NCBI GenBank assembly: GCA_051883555.1 | Contig: JBJETY010000052.1 | Span: 40,250 to 104,249 of the forward strand | Source: Christensenellales bacterium | Lineage (GTDB): Bacteria; Bacillota; Clostridia; Christensenellales; CAG-917 | DNA: 64,000 nt | Direction of reading: 5' to 3' | Shown: positions 47,585 through 57,954 of the stretch, in pieces | How positions within the stretch are numbered: the stretch's first letter is position 1 | Layout of the letters: every line of letters begins with the position of its first letter | Notes under the pieces: generated by a model | The model's database searches: none | Told to the model about the DNA's origin: nothing | Seen by the model: only the letters and a program-made list of their open reading frames with translations | Translations under genes and position numbers: made by a program

Positions 47585-48358
47585 TTAACTGACAGAACAG
47601 GTAGTCAGCTCAATCAACTTTCCGTAGCGTCTTGCTTTTTCTACGACTTCCGGCGTTACGGTTGAGTTTGCCGCTATTATCAATTCGCCGCTGAAAGAAA
47701 AGATATTGGTTTTGACGATACGCCCGAGCAAGAAATGATAATCGGTTATAATTCGCAAAGGATTGTTTTCCGCTTCGTTGTCGTATGCAGAATAAGAATT
47801 ATTGTCGTTATACGAGTCGGTTGGTTTTAAATCGTCGGATTTATCGGCTAAATTAGTTTCTTTAACAGAAGCAAGCGGTTTTTCGTCCATAATAAAAACC
47901 TGTCTGTTATCAACCGTTTTTATTTTTTTCGGCGTTGATTTTGCGATTTTAACTTCCGTTGCGCCTTGGACTATAATATAGTTTTTTCCTGCTCTTAAAA
48001 TATTTTTTGCGTCAATGGGGCTGTTAAATATTAAAGTTTTTAAGGAATCGCCGTCGAACTCTAAGTCGGTCAGACGGCCTATACGCTTGCCGTCGGTTGT
48101 GATTCCGAAAGTAGGGAAAATCGCAAAGCAATTTTTTTTGACGCTTTCGCTTACCGTTGTGAGACATAAGTCGTTTTTAAAAACTATGCAGTCGGTTGCG
48201 GCGATAATTTTATCCGCCTTGATAAAATTAAGAGGGGCCGCATCGTCCAAAATAAGATATTTAAGTTTAAGCGTTTTTTTATCGATCAGTAAACCTGTGA
48301 TTATGCCAAGCGACCTTGCTTCAAAAAGGCTTATCGCTTCTTTATCAATAAAATTCAT
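47585..48358 (-). CDS. PRC-barrel domain protein
   Basis: GGGAGGA RBS. Two PRC-barrel-like segments (SLGIITGLLID..., RIGRLTDLEFD...). Confidence 0.45.
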   Translation of the reverse strand: MNFIDKEAISLFEARSLGIITGLLIDKKTLKLKYLILDDAAPLNFIKADKIIAATDCIVFKNDLCLTTVSESVKKNCFAIFPTFGITTDGKRIGRLTDLEFDGDSLKTLIFNSPIDAKNILRAGKNYIIVQGATEVKIAKSTPKKIKTVDNRQVFIMDEKPLASVKETNLADKSDDLKPTDSYNDNNSYSAYDNEAENNPLRIITDYHFLLGRIVKTNIFSFSGELIIAANSTVTPEVVEKARRYGKLIELTTCSVS

Positions 48359-48400
48359 ATACTCCTCCCGTAAATTCTATTTAAAACTTAATAAGGATAT

Positions 48401-48438
48401 GATAAATTTGCATTCAAATTTGAAATGCGAAATTTATC
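48401..48438. promoter_or_regulatory. Imperfect 38-bp palindrome upstream of the PRC-barrel/M1 operon
   Basis: gataaatttgcatt-caaatttg-aaatgcgaaatttatc. Confidence 0.4.
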
Positions 48439-48808
48439 TCAGACGAATATGCCGTTTGAAACGAAGACAAAATCAAAAACCGTTGTTTAACGGAAATAAT
48501 GAAACGGCGGAATAAAAACAGTTTAAATTTATGATTATAACGAGTAGCAAATTTTGTACGAGTAGCGAATTTCGTGGATAAGTATGATTTAAACGGCGCT
48601 TGATAAAAAGAGAAAAGACAGAGCAAAATCAAATTAAAATAAATTACAAATGCGGAAGGGCTGAAATTTCGTAATTTTTAGAATATTAACCGAAAAATGC
48701 GAATATATTATAGCAGTTGTGCACAGTTATGCACAATAATGTGGATAAGTCGGTGTATAACTTTGCATATTCATACAAATATACAAAAATCGACATAGGG
48801 AGAACGGT

Positions 48809-49486
48809 TTGGTTGTAATAAAATTAAAAAAAGTAATATATGTATTGCTTATAATAGCTGTTTTTGTATTTCTTGTCGTAGGCGTACCTGCAATAGTTAC
48901 GGCGGCTTCACCTGCTCCCGAATTCGTCGTTGTGCTTGACGCAGGGCACGGTGGCATCGACGGCGGAGTAGTAGGAGTAAACAGCGGTATATGCGAGCGT
49001 GAAATAAATATGATAATAACTTATAAGGTTAAAGCGTTGCTGGAAAAGAGAGGCGTAAGCGTTGCTTTGACCCGTGACAGCGGACTTGGGGCGGAGCCGA
49101 CAATAACGAAGAAACAGGAAGACATGCGTCAGAGAAAGGAAAAAATTCTGAAAGCCGCGCCAAATCTTGTAGTCAGCATTCACCAGAATAGATACAGTTC
49201 TCCGAACAGACGAGGCGCTCAAGCGTTTTTTTGGGGAGACAAAACTCTGGCAGATACTTTGCAATTTGAGTTGAACGAAAAAATAAACGTGCCTAATCAG
49301 GGGAGAGAATATTCGGCGTTGAAAGGCGACTATTATATTTTGCAGTGTACGGATTATCCTTCGGCGCTTGTCGAATGCGGTTTTTTATCCAGTCCGCTCG
49401 ACGAAGCACTTCTTATAACAGACGAGTATCAAAATAAAATGGCAGATTGTATATGCGCGGGAATTATGAATTTTCTTATGGCATAA
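48809..49486 (+). CDS. cwlD: N-acetylmuramoyl-L-alanine amidase (Amidase_3), CwlD-like
   Basis: TTG start after GGGAGA. N-terminal TM segment, LDAGHGGIDGG, SIHQN, ECGFLS. Confidence 0.7.
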   Translation: MVVIKLKKVIYVLLIIAVFVFLVVGVPAIVTAASPAPEFVVVLDAGHGGIDGGVVGVNSGICEREINMIITYKVKALLEKRGVSVALTRDSGLGAEPTITKKQEDMRQRKEKILKAAPNLVVSIHQNRYSSPNRRGAQAFFWGDKTLADTLQFELNEKINVPNQGREYSALKGDYYILQCTDYPSALVECGFLSSPLDEALLITDEYQNKMADCICAGIMNFLMA

Positions 49487-49690
49487 GGGAATAGACCAAG
49501 GCATAAACGGCGCATTTAAGTTGAGAAATTAATACGCGAAAAAGCAGAATGTATTTTTGAATTAAAATTGCGGTTTGCCTACGTCTTTGTTTATACGGAT
49601 AATAATCTGCAGACAAAAAGAAGAAACGCATACAAGAAGTTTTAATTTTAAAATTTTTATTGCCTAACACTCAACGAAACAATAGAAGAA

Positions 49691-49727
49691 AAAAAGAAAG
49701 AGCATAATTTCATGCTCTTTCTTTTTT
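49691..49727. terminator. Bidirectional terminator
   Basis: A 10-bp stem (gaaagagcat / atgctctttc) flanked by A5 and T6. Confidence 0.85.
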
Positions 49728-49960
49728 ATGTTTGATAATTTATTGAAAACAGACGTTATTTAAATTGGCTATTATTCGCCGAACAAAAGTCGAACGAGTT
49801 TGCCGAAACGGCGAAATATCTAAACTACGCCGTTAATACAGCATACGCAATTTAAACTAAAACGTAAATACTTATAAACGTAAATACTTATATTAGTTTT
49901 GCATTAGTTTTGCAAGCTTCAATATCCGTCCGTTTACGTATTGACAAGCAATGCAGCCGC

Positions 49961-50857
49961 TTAGTATTCTTCGCTTTCTGAAGCGGCGTCGAATTCTTCT
50001 TCGCTCATATAAGAATCGAGATCGTCAGGGAAGGTCGGCACTTTGGTTGTCGATACGATTTCGAAATTCATTTTTACAGGGAAAGTACCTTTAAGATAAG
50101 CCGACGCTTCTTCCGATAACGAGTTAATATATTCTTCCGTAAACTTAAAGGAATAGTCGACGTTTATCTTCATAGCCGTTATCGTATTTGCGTTGTTTAC
50201 GGAAACGAAAATACTGAAATCATTGAAAGAATCGACAATGCAATATTCCGAACTGAGTTCTATGAAGGACTCGTTGAAAGTAAACTTATATTGAACGCCG
50301 TCTTTTGTTTGGGCGGTCGATACGGTTATTCCGTCAAGATTTTCTAAAGACGTAACTGTTTCAAGATAGCTGTCGAACATCTGGGCGGAATAAGGACTGT
50401 TTTCGCTTTCGGAAAAAGACGAATAAAATTTTGCAGTCTGTCCCATTGCCGAAACGTTGTTATACATTTTTCCGTCTTTTATATAAACGTTTCCCTTTGA
50501 TACGATGCCTAAAGTTTTTGCTTCTACGTATCCGGATAAAACCGTTTTATTTTCCGAATCGATACCTATAGTAGCGTCGAGCAATGAGGTGGCAGAAAAC
50601 CCGGAACTTGAAGTGGTCATCGTTCCGAATACGTTGTAGTAACAGCCGTCAGGGATAACCGAAGATACGGACAAACTTTTTATGGAATTCAATGCCGTGT
50701 TTGCCTGATTTGAATCTAAGGCTACGTAGGAATTGTTAAATTGACTTGCAGGAAGTTTATATCCGTCGTCTTCTTTGTCCTTGTTGCAAGCGGTGAAAAC
50801 AGACGTAAAACAGAGAACAAGGGCAATGATCAAAATAATTTTTGAAATGCGTTTCAT
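49961..50857 (-). CDS. Hypothetical lipoprotein
   Basis: AAGGAGAA RBS. Lipobox VFTAC. Confidence 0.7.
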   Translation of the reverse strand: MKRISKIILIIALVLCFTSVFTACNKDKEDDGYKLPASQFNNSYVALDSNQANTALNSIKSLSVSSVIPDGCYYNVFGTMTTSSSGFSATSLLDATIGIDSENKTVLSGYVEAKTLGIVSKGNVYIKDGKMYNNVSAMGQTAKFYSSFSESENSPYSAQMFDSYLETVTSLENLDGITVSTAQTKDGVQYKFTFNESFIELSSEYCIVDSFNDFSIFVSVNNANTITAMKINVDYSFKFTEEYINSLSEEASAYLKGTFPVKMNFEIVSTTKVPTFPDDLDSYMSEEEFDAASESEEY

Positions 50858-51049
50858 ATTTTCTCCTTTGATTTCCGATAAATTAAATTTGTTTAAACTT
50901 GCTTTTTTAAGGGCGGCGCGCTTTTGCCGTTAAGCGCAGATAATTTCGCTTTTATTTTTGGCAAGAGCTGCCGCGACAAAACTTTAGTAAACCGCTTTTT
51001 TGGAAATCGTGATTTGGCGGTTTCGTTTTTATCTTAAAATAATTGTACT

Positions 51050-52261
51050 TTAAAAGCACAGTTTGTCAATGGCTTTTTTATAAATTTCGTAAGACAAGCG
51101 TAACTGTTTTAAAGGGATATATTCATCGGGGCAGTGAATGTCAAGACCGCTGTCGGGGAAAACGGGGCCGAACGCTACGCCGAGCGGCAAGGCTCTTGAA
51201 TACGTTCCGCCGCCGATAGAAATAGGTTTACTGTCCGAACCTGTACATTCGTTGTACACGCTAAGTAAGGTAGTGACAAGCGGATTGTCCTTTTCGACGT
51301 AAAGAGGTAGGTGATAATGAGTTCTCGTTATTTCGCCGTCGGGGAAAGCTTTTTTGAGTTGGGACAGAATGAAGTCTTCGTCAAAGGTTACCGGATAGCG
51401 TATATCGAGAATGAAATTGAGTTTGTCGTCGCAATATGCCATTCCTACGTTCTGAGTCAATCGTCCGCTTACTTCGTCGCTTATATCGAGTTCCAATCCG
51501 CTTCCGTAATAATCGGACAGCTTTTCGTAAATATTTTTAATTTCGAAGTTATCTTCGCCAAGCATGGCAAGCATTTTAATTATTGCATTTTCACCGTTAT
51601 ACGGATTTGCGGCATGCGCCGCAACGCCCTTTGCGGTATAGTCTTTTCCGTTTAACGAAGCTTCGCACTTGTTAGGAACGATATTCGCTCTCTCTCCGCT
51701 TTTTATAGAGAAACCTTTTATAAGCGGCAAAGATACCTTATAATTTACGATGCCTTTTTCACAATTTATCACAGGGAAATCGGCGTCGGGAGAAAATCCG
51801 ATTTTCGGCAATTTGTCGACTTCATTGAAATGGTCGATACATTTCCAGCCGCTTTCTTCGTTTAAACCGAAAATGATTTTTATCTTCTTTTTCGGTTGTT
51901 TCGTCTTTAAAAGTTCGCCGCATGCAAGAAGGCAACAGAGCATAGGGAGTTTGTCGTCCAGCGCGCCTCTGCCGTAAATTTTGTCGTCGCAAAGTTCTCC
52001 TAAAGGATTGTGCGTCCAGCCTTCGCCGATAGGGACGGTATCCAGATGCCCTAAAATTGCGAACTCTTCGCCTTCGCCGCATTCGGCATAGCCTATATAA
52101 TTGTCATGGTTTACCGTTTTAAATCCAAGGTCTTTTGCAAGATTTAAAACGTATTTTAAAGCGTCCGCCGTTCCCTGCCCGAAAGGCGCGGTCGGGGTAG
52201 CTTCAGATTGAACGGAATCGATTGCAAGAAGTTCAAGAGAATATTTAATTAAATTGTCCAT
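51050..52261 (-). CDS. M20-family dipeptidase (PepV/Sapep-like)
   Basis: GGGAG RBS before the ATG at 52261. GHLDTVPIGEGW, GRGALDDK, NEESG. Confidence 0.8.
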   Translation of the reverse strand: MDNLIKYSLELLAIDSVQSEATPTAPFGQGTADALKYVLNLAKDLGFKTVNHDNYIGYAECGEGEEFAILGHLDTVPIGEGWTHNPLGELCDDKIYGRGALDDKLPMLCCLLACGELLKTKQPKKKIKIIFGLNEESGWKCIDHFNEVDKLPKIGFSPDADFPVINCEKGIVNYKVSLPLIKGFSIKSGERANIVPNKCEASLNGKDYTAKGVAAHAANPYNGENAIIKMLAMLGEDNFEIKNIYEKLSDYYGSGLELDISDEVSGRLTQNVGMAYCDDKLNFILDIRYPVTFDEDFILSQLKKAFPDGEITRTHYHLPLYVEKDNPLVTTLLSVYNECTGSDSKPISIGGGTYSRALPLGVAFGPVFPDSGLDIHCPDEYIPLKQLRLSYEIYKKAIDKLCF

Positions 52262-52384
52262 AATTACTCCCGAAATAAGATTAGGCACCCCAAAATAAAA
52301 TGCAATTAAAAATTGCAGTTTTAGAATACTTATGTTATTATATTATTAACTGAAAAAAAATGCAACATACTCAGGTGAAAGGCA

Positions 52385-53227
52385 ATGTCGGAACACGAAG
52401 GACATAGGGAAAGATTTAAACAGAGAGTTTTAAAAGAAGGACTTGAAAATTTTCAGAATCACGAGATTTTAGAGTTCTTGCTTTATCCTTTTATTCCCAG
52501 AAAAGATACCAATCCCATTGCTCACAAATTGATTGACAGATTCGGAAGTTTTCACAACGTGCTTAACGCCGAAGTCGAGGATCTTGAAAAGGTAGACGGC
52601 GTTACGCATTCTGCCGCATTGTATCTGAATGCGTTGCCGCAGGTATTTCGCAAATACCAACAGGACTTTGAAAGCAAAAAGCCGTCGTTTGCAACGCACG
52701 GCGACGCAATAAATTTTTTGAAAAACTATTTCGATTGCAGGACGAAAGAAGCCGTTTACGCTTTGTCTTTGGATAAACGGTTTAAACTTATCGGAGTGTT
52801 TGCTTTGGGCGAAGGGTATGGCGATTCCGTTTCGCTCACCGCACGAGAAGTAGCCGACGTTGCAATGCGTACCAACGCTTCTGCGATTATAATTGCTCAC
52901 AATCACCCTAGCGGTTCGGCGTTTCAGTCGCAAGCGGATTACAGAATGACGAATATAATTGCTTGCAATCTGTCGTTTATGGGAATTACTCTTTGCGACC
53001 ATATCATATTTGCAGGGCAGAATTATTACAGCTTTGCACAGCACGATTTATTCCGTTATATCGACGGCACAATCGATAAGTTTATAAAGGACGGAGCAAA
53101 GTTTTATGAAATTCCCGACTTGCTTAACGAAGAAGCGGTTGACGTCAATATATTCAGTTCGAGCGTTATATCCGACGAAAACTTTTTGTCTGATAAATTG
53201 ACGGCTGTCGATTTCGGGAAAAAGTGA
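52385..53227 (+). CDS. radC: RadC-family JAB/MPN domain protein
   Basis: HRERFKQR, ELLEFLL-type N-terminus, HhH, HNHPSG JAMM motif. Carries an extra C-terminal region of about 60 aa. Confidence 0.8.
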   Translation: MSEHEGHRERFKQRVLKEGLENFQNHEILEFLLYPFIPRKDTNPIAHKLIDRFGSFHNVLNAEVEDLEKVDGVTHSAALYLNALPQVFRKYQQDFESKKPSFATHGDAINFLKNYFDCRTKEAVYALSLDKRFKLIGVFALGEGYGDSVSLTAREVADVAMRTNASAIIIAHNHPSGSAFQSQADYRMTNIIACNLSFMGITLCDHIIFAGQNYYSFAQHDLFRYIDGTIDKFIKDGAKFYEIPDLLNEEAVDVNIFSSSVISDENFLSDKLTAVDFGKK

Positions 53228-53511
53228 AACAAAAACGCCGTACAAAACTTTTGCGGCAGTTGAACGGATAAACCGTTTAATATGATTGCAAACGAAAAAA
53301 GACAAGATCGTAAGTTTAAATAAAAAACAAAAACGGCTAACAAATATAAGATAATAAAATATAGATAATAAATCAAAAAACAATTAAATATACAAAATCA
53401 AAAAACAATCAAAAAAATTAAAAATCAAATTTTATAAATCAAAAAATCAAAGATAAATCATAGATAATAGTCAGAAAAATCAAAGATAATAAAATAGATA
53501 AAGGAATCAAT

Positions 53512-54951
53512 ATGACAGTCAGAACGAGATTTGCACCAAGCCCTACGGGGTTTATGCATATAGGCAATTTAAGAACAGGTTTATACGCATATCTTTTTGC
53601 GAAGAAAAACGGCGGTGATTTTATTTTGCGTATCGAAGATACCGACCAGGAAAGATACGTCGACGGCGCGGTTGAGTTGATATACCGTACGCTTGAAAAA
53701 GCGGGTATAGACTACGACGAAGGCCCCGACAAGGATAAGGGATACGGCCCTTATATTCAGAGCGAAAGGAAAGGGCTCTACGCAAAATACGCCAAGGAAC
53801 TTGTCGAAAAGAAAGCCGCATATTATTGCTTTTGCGACGAAGAAAGATTGAGCTCTCTTGCAGGAGATAAGGGCTTTAAAAAATACGATAAACATTGCCT
53901 TTCTCTCAGTAAGGAAGAAATTGAAAAAAGGTTGTCAAGAGGCGACCCGTACGTTATCAGATTGAACGTTCCGCATAGCGGCGAAGGCGAATACGAAGAT
54001 ATGGTGTATGGCAAAGTCACCGTTAAGTATGAAGATATGGACGACTGTATTTTGCTTAAATCGGACGGTATGCCGACATACAATTTCGCAAACGTCGTCG
54101 ACGACCATCTTATGAATATAACGCACGTAATAAGAGGCAACGAATATCTTTCCAGCACTCCGATGTATAACCTTATTTACGACGGCTTTGGTTGGGAAAG
54201 ACCTAAGTATATGCATCTTGCGCCTATCATGAAGGACGAGACGAGAAAACTTTCTAAACGTTACGGCGACGCGAATTTTGAAGACTTTATTGCAAAAGGA
54301 TTTTTGCCTGAGGCTATCGTAAACTACGTTGCTCTTTTAGGCTGGTGTCCGAAAGACAATCGCGAAAAGATGACGATGAACGAAATGATAGAAGCGTTCG
54401 ACGTTTCAGGTATCTCGATTTCTTCGAGTATTTTCGACGAGACCAAGATGAGATGGCTAAACGGCGAATATATTAAGGAATTGTCCGACGAAGAATTTTA
54501 CAAATTGTCTAAGCCGTATTTCGATAAGAGCACTGCGACGGAATACGACTATAAACTTATAGCGCCACTTCTTAAAACGAGAGTTGACGTTCTGTCGGAC
54601 GTAATTGAAAAAGTGGCTTTCTTGGCGGATTTCAAAGCGTTTGACAAAGATATGTTTCTGAACAAGAAAAACAAGGTTGATTTTCCTGTCGCCGTCAAAG
54701 CGTTGAACGTAGCCTATAGTGCTTTAAGCGAACTGAACGTCTGGGATATGGAAAACATAAAAGAGAGCCTTGCTACGGCGGCGGCGGAGAACGATATAAA
54801 GGGCGGACAAGTGCTTTGCTGTTTAAGGCTCGGAATAACCGGCGTGGCTGTAACTCCGGGCGGAGCTTATGAAATCGCCGAGATATTAGGCAAGGAAGAA
54901 ACTTTGAGAAGAATTGAATTTTCAATAGCCCTGCTTTCCGATAACGCATAA
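53512..54951 (+). CDS. gltX: Glutamate--tRNA ligase
   Basis: RFAPSPTGFMHIGNLRT, RIEDTD, KLSKR. Confidence 0.92.
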   Translation: MTVRTRFAPSPTGFMHIGNLRTGLYAYLFAKKNGGDFILRIEDTDQERYVDGAVELIYRTLEKAGIDYDEGPDKDKGYGPYIQSERKGLYAKYAKELVEKKAAYYCFCDEERLSSLAGDKGFKKYDKHCLSLSKEEIEKRLSRGDPYVIRLNVPHSGEGEYEDMVYGKVTVKYEDMDDCILLKSDGMPTYNFANVVDDHLMNITHVIRGNEYLSSTPMYNLIYDGFGWERPKYMHLAPIMKDETRKLSKRYGDANFEDFIAKGFLPEAIVNYVALLGWCPKDNREKMTMNEMIEAFDVSGISISSSIFDETKMRWLNGEYIKELSDEEFYKLSKPYFDKSTATEYDYKLIAPLLKTRVDVLSDVIEKVAFLADFKAFDKDMFLNKKNKVDFPVAVKALNVAYSALSELNVWDMENIKESLATAAAENDIKGGQVLCCLRLGITGVAVTPGGAYEIAEILGKEETLRRIEFSIALLSDNA

Positions 54952-55229
54952 TTTTACTTGTAGTCGGCAAAAAGATAAAATTTGAAACCTTTAAAAATTA
55001 GGTTATAATTCTGTTTTAAAGAGCGGTTGAATTGCCTTATCGTATAAACTAAGGGCCGAACTAACGACGTTAAGTTTGTAATTGATATATGTAGTTGATA
55101 TATTAAAAGTAAACTCGAATCGGCTTGTTTTAAATGCAGACTACGTTACGGTTTGCCTTTAAAATGCGGCTTGACTAAAATAAGATAACAAAAAGTGCAA
55201 AATAAAAACTAGTTGAAGCGGTGAAAAAA

Positions 55230-57269
55230 ATGATAAACGGTGAATTGAAGAGAAAACGCTTATATTTATTTCTGTTGATTCTGACGGCGATTATAATTGC
55301 CGTATTTTCTCCTGTTGCAAATATAGCGTATGCTCAAAGCCTGACTGACGACGACCTTTCCGCCGATATGAAAACAAGTCAGTGGTATTATGACGAAAAC
55401 TATTTTGATATAGCTTTTGCCAGGGCGTATTTTGAAAATTTTCAATCGCTTGATAAGCCGATATTTATCGGAGTTATCGATACGGGTATAAACTATAATC
55501 ACGAGATATTTAAAAAGACTTTGCTTTGGGTTGACGACGGAGGCGTGCAAAAGCCTGTAGGATACAATTCGGGCGATTCAACGAAAAGAGAATTGATAAG
55601 CGATAACTCGATCGATTATCACGGAACCCACGTCGCGGGAATTATCGCGGCAATGATTCTTGAAATGGGGCTTGAAGATTCCGTCAAAATAATTCCGGTA
55701 AGAGCCGTAAACAGTTCTAATCAATTTACGTCTACCGCCGTAGCCGACGCTATAAGATGGCTTTGCGGAGAAAACGACTTGGAAGGTCGTCTCGGATATA
55801 AACTCGAATGTTCGGTTATCAATATGTCGCTTTCAATTATGAACTCGACGATTACTTCGTCCAGCAGTTGGTACGACCTTACAAAACTTCAGAATGCAAT
55901 AAACGACTATGCCGAAAAAACGGTGTTTGTAGCGGCGGCGGGAAACGCGGGTAAAGACTCCGCAAACGATTATTCCTATCCGGCTTCTATAGAAGAAGTC
56001 GTTTCCGTTATGAATTATGGAAACTCCGACGACAATGCAAGCCTTAACAGTAACTCCAATTACGGATTATACGACCTTGCCGCACCGGGAACGAATATCT
56101 ATTCGGCTACAAACGGAACCAACTCCTATTCGATGAAATCGGGCACTTCGATGTCGGCTCCTTTCGTAAGCGTTGTAGCCGCAATGTTAAAGTTGCGTTA
56201 TCCTAACGAAACGGCAAGCAAGCTGACGCGTATGCTGCGTAATCACGACAGCAATATAACGATGACGAAGGACTCGTATCTGATAAAAGGCGTAGACGTA
56301 AAAAGCATTCTCGAAACGGACTTTTTAGCAAACGAAGAATATCAATATATCACCCCGTCTAAAATTATCGTTAAATTAATCAGTGCGGAATCGACTTTAA
56401 AACAGAATATGCGTGACAGAAAAGAAGTTAAGTTTCTGGCGACTATCGCTCCTGCCGATTCGCACAACCCTAAATACGATAACGAAATTATATGGGTGAT
56501 AGAGCGGACAAACGGTGACGGTAGCACGTACGTGGAAAGAATTAAAGGCGGAAGAGAATTCATTTTTGATTCCCGTTTCAACGGAATGCTAAATAAGGTA
56601 TGGGCGGAACTGGAAGTCGGAAACGTAACTCTAAGTTCTGAAAGTACGGAAATTTCAATAGAATATGCACAGTTTGATTTTTCGGAAATAAAAATAACTC
56701 CGATTGAATGGATATCGAAAGAAGAAGAAAAGGAAATTCCTTGTTACGTCGGCACACCGTTGACTTTATCTTTTTCAAACATAGAATATTGTGACAAAAC
56801 GGTTGAAATCAAATGGTTTATAGACGGTGAATTGGTTTATAAAGGCAACAACGGTTCGGTTTTCGTTTATACGCCAAAAACAATGGGCAAGCATCTGATT
56901 ACGGCAAAAATCAACGGTTATGCGGTTGAAGAGCTGTACGTCGACGTCAAAATGCCCGTTGCCGTTGGTTTTACGATTTTCGGAATTGAAATTGCCGTGT
57001 CAATAGTTTTTGCTCTTATTCTTGCTTTAGCATTAAAAGCTAAGCCTTTTGTCGTAAAAGTAAAAGCAAGTAAAAATCCTACGACGGACAGCGATAATAT
57101 TAAAAGCGATACGGACAATTACGATACGGACGTTGCGGAAGAAGCGGATGCGGCGAAAAATTCGGAAAGCGGAAAGAGCTCGGAAGTTGAGATTGAAACC
57201 GAAAAGACGGAAAGTCAATCTTTAGCGGAATCGGAAGAGCGGGCGGAGACGGAAACCGAAGATAAGTAA
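55230..57269 (+). CDS. S8 (subtilisin) serine peptidase with a C-terminal TM anchor and acidic tail
   Basis: GGTGA RBS before the ATG at 55230 (the track start at 55221 is a GTG). VIDTGI, HGTHVAG, GTSMSAPFV. Signal peptide and a late TM helix. Confidence 0.85.
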   Translation: MINGELKRKRLYLFLLILTAIIIAVFSPVANIAYAQSLTDDDLSADMKTSQWYYDENYFDIAFARAYFENFQSLDKPIFIGVIDTGINYNHEIFKKTLLWVDDGGVQKPVGYNSGDSTKRELISDNSIDYHGTHVAGIIAAMILEMGLEDSVKIIPVRAVNSSNQFTSTAVADAIRWLCGENDLEGRLGYKLECSVINMSLSIMNSTITSSSSWYDLTKLQNAINDYAEKTVFVAAAGNAGKDSANDYSYPASIEEVVSVMNYGNSDDNASLNSNSNYGLYDLAAPGTNIYSATNGTNSYSMKSGTSMSAPFVSVVAAMLKLRYPNETASKLTRMLRNHDSNITMTKDSYLIKGVDVKSILETDFLANEEYQYITPSKIIVKLISAESTLKQNMRDRKEVKFLATIAPADSHNPKYDNEIIWVIERTNGDGSTYVERIKGGREFIFDSRFNGMLNKVWAELEVGNVTLSSESTEISIEYAQFDFSEIKITPIEWISKEEEKEIPCYVGTPLTLSFSNIEYCDKTVEIKWFIDGELVYKGNNGSVFVYTPKTMGKHLITAKINGYAVEELYVDVKMPVAVGFTIFGIEIAVSIVFALILALALKAKPFVVKVKASKNPTTDSDNIKSDTDNYDTDVAEEADAAKNSESGKSSEVEIETEKTESQSLAESEERAETETEDK

Positions 57270-57435
57270 GTTCAAAATCGATACGCGTCGATACGGAAAG
57301 CGGATATAAAAGCAAATATAAAGTATAAAAGCTATGAGTTGTCTTAAAAGGAAATACGCAGATAACGCAAATTATAAACGCAATAAATAAAGTTATGTAT
57401 TTGCAGATTATTTAATAGTATAAACGCTTTAATAC

Positions 57436-57465
57436 AAAAACAGCCTTTACGGCTGTTTTTATTTT
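57436..57465. terminator. Bidirectional terminator
   Basis: aaaaacagcc-tttac-ggctgttttt. Confidence 0.85.
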
Positions 57466-57472
57466 GTTAAAA

Positions 57473-57703
57473 TTAATTCCTGTAAAATCTGATAGCTTTC
57501 GTCAATACGTCGGCGTAAGGGAAAGTCTTTACGTTTTCATCCGTAGTTTTGAAGGTGAATACGGAAGGGTAAAGATTTTCGACTTTACCGTAATAGTTTG
57601 TAATTTTATTACGTCCTTCGTTTACTTTGATTATTACGTTTATTCCTTTTAAAAGCTCTACCCGTTTTTTTGTTTCGCTTAAATTTTTTCCGATTTCTCT
57701 CAT
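57473..57703 (-). CDS. veg: Veg protein (biofilm-formation stimulator family)
   Basis: Aligns by eye to B. subtilis Veg (KNLSETKKRVE..., NEGRNK, YPSVFTF, ADVLT). Confidence 0.85.
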   Translation of the reverse strand: MREIGKNLSETKKRVELLKGINVIIKVNEGRNKITNYYGKVENLYPSVFTFKTTDENVKTFPYADVLTKAIRFYRN

Positions 57704-57732
57704 ATAAAAGTTATTGACAAAAAAACGAAAAT

Positions 57733-57885
57733 TAAACGCTTTTACGGCAGGATATTTAAGAGTCTTATGTAAAACGAATTTACGGCAGGATATTTAAGAG
57801 TCTTATGCAAAACGAATTTAAGGTAAGATATTTAATAGCTCTATCCAAAACGAATTTACGGCGGTGAGAATATTAAAGTAAATTG
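57733..57885. repeat. 38-bp tandem repeat, about 4 copies, decaying in identity
   Basis: aaaacgaatttacggcaggatatttaagagtcttatg units occur at 57771 and 57809, with a partial upstream copy and a further degenerate copy at 57847. Confidence 0.8.
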
Positions 57886-57954
57886 CAAATAAAAAATTTT
57901 TATTGCATATTACGCAAAACCTGTTCATAACTTATAACAAGCTATGGAGGTTGT

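Noticed and set aside
57704-57732. Leaderless or consensus promoter for veg
   Set aside because: The sequence immediately upstream of the veg ATG has no SD, but I also could not find a convincing -10/-35 at the spacing needed for a leaderless start. No claim is made.
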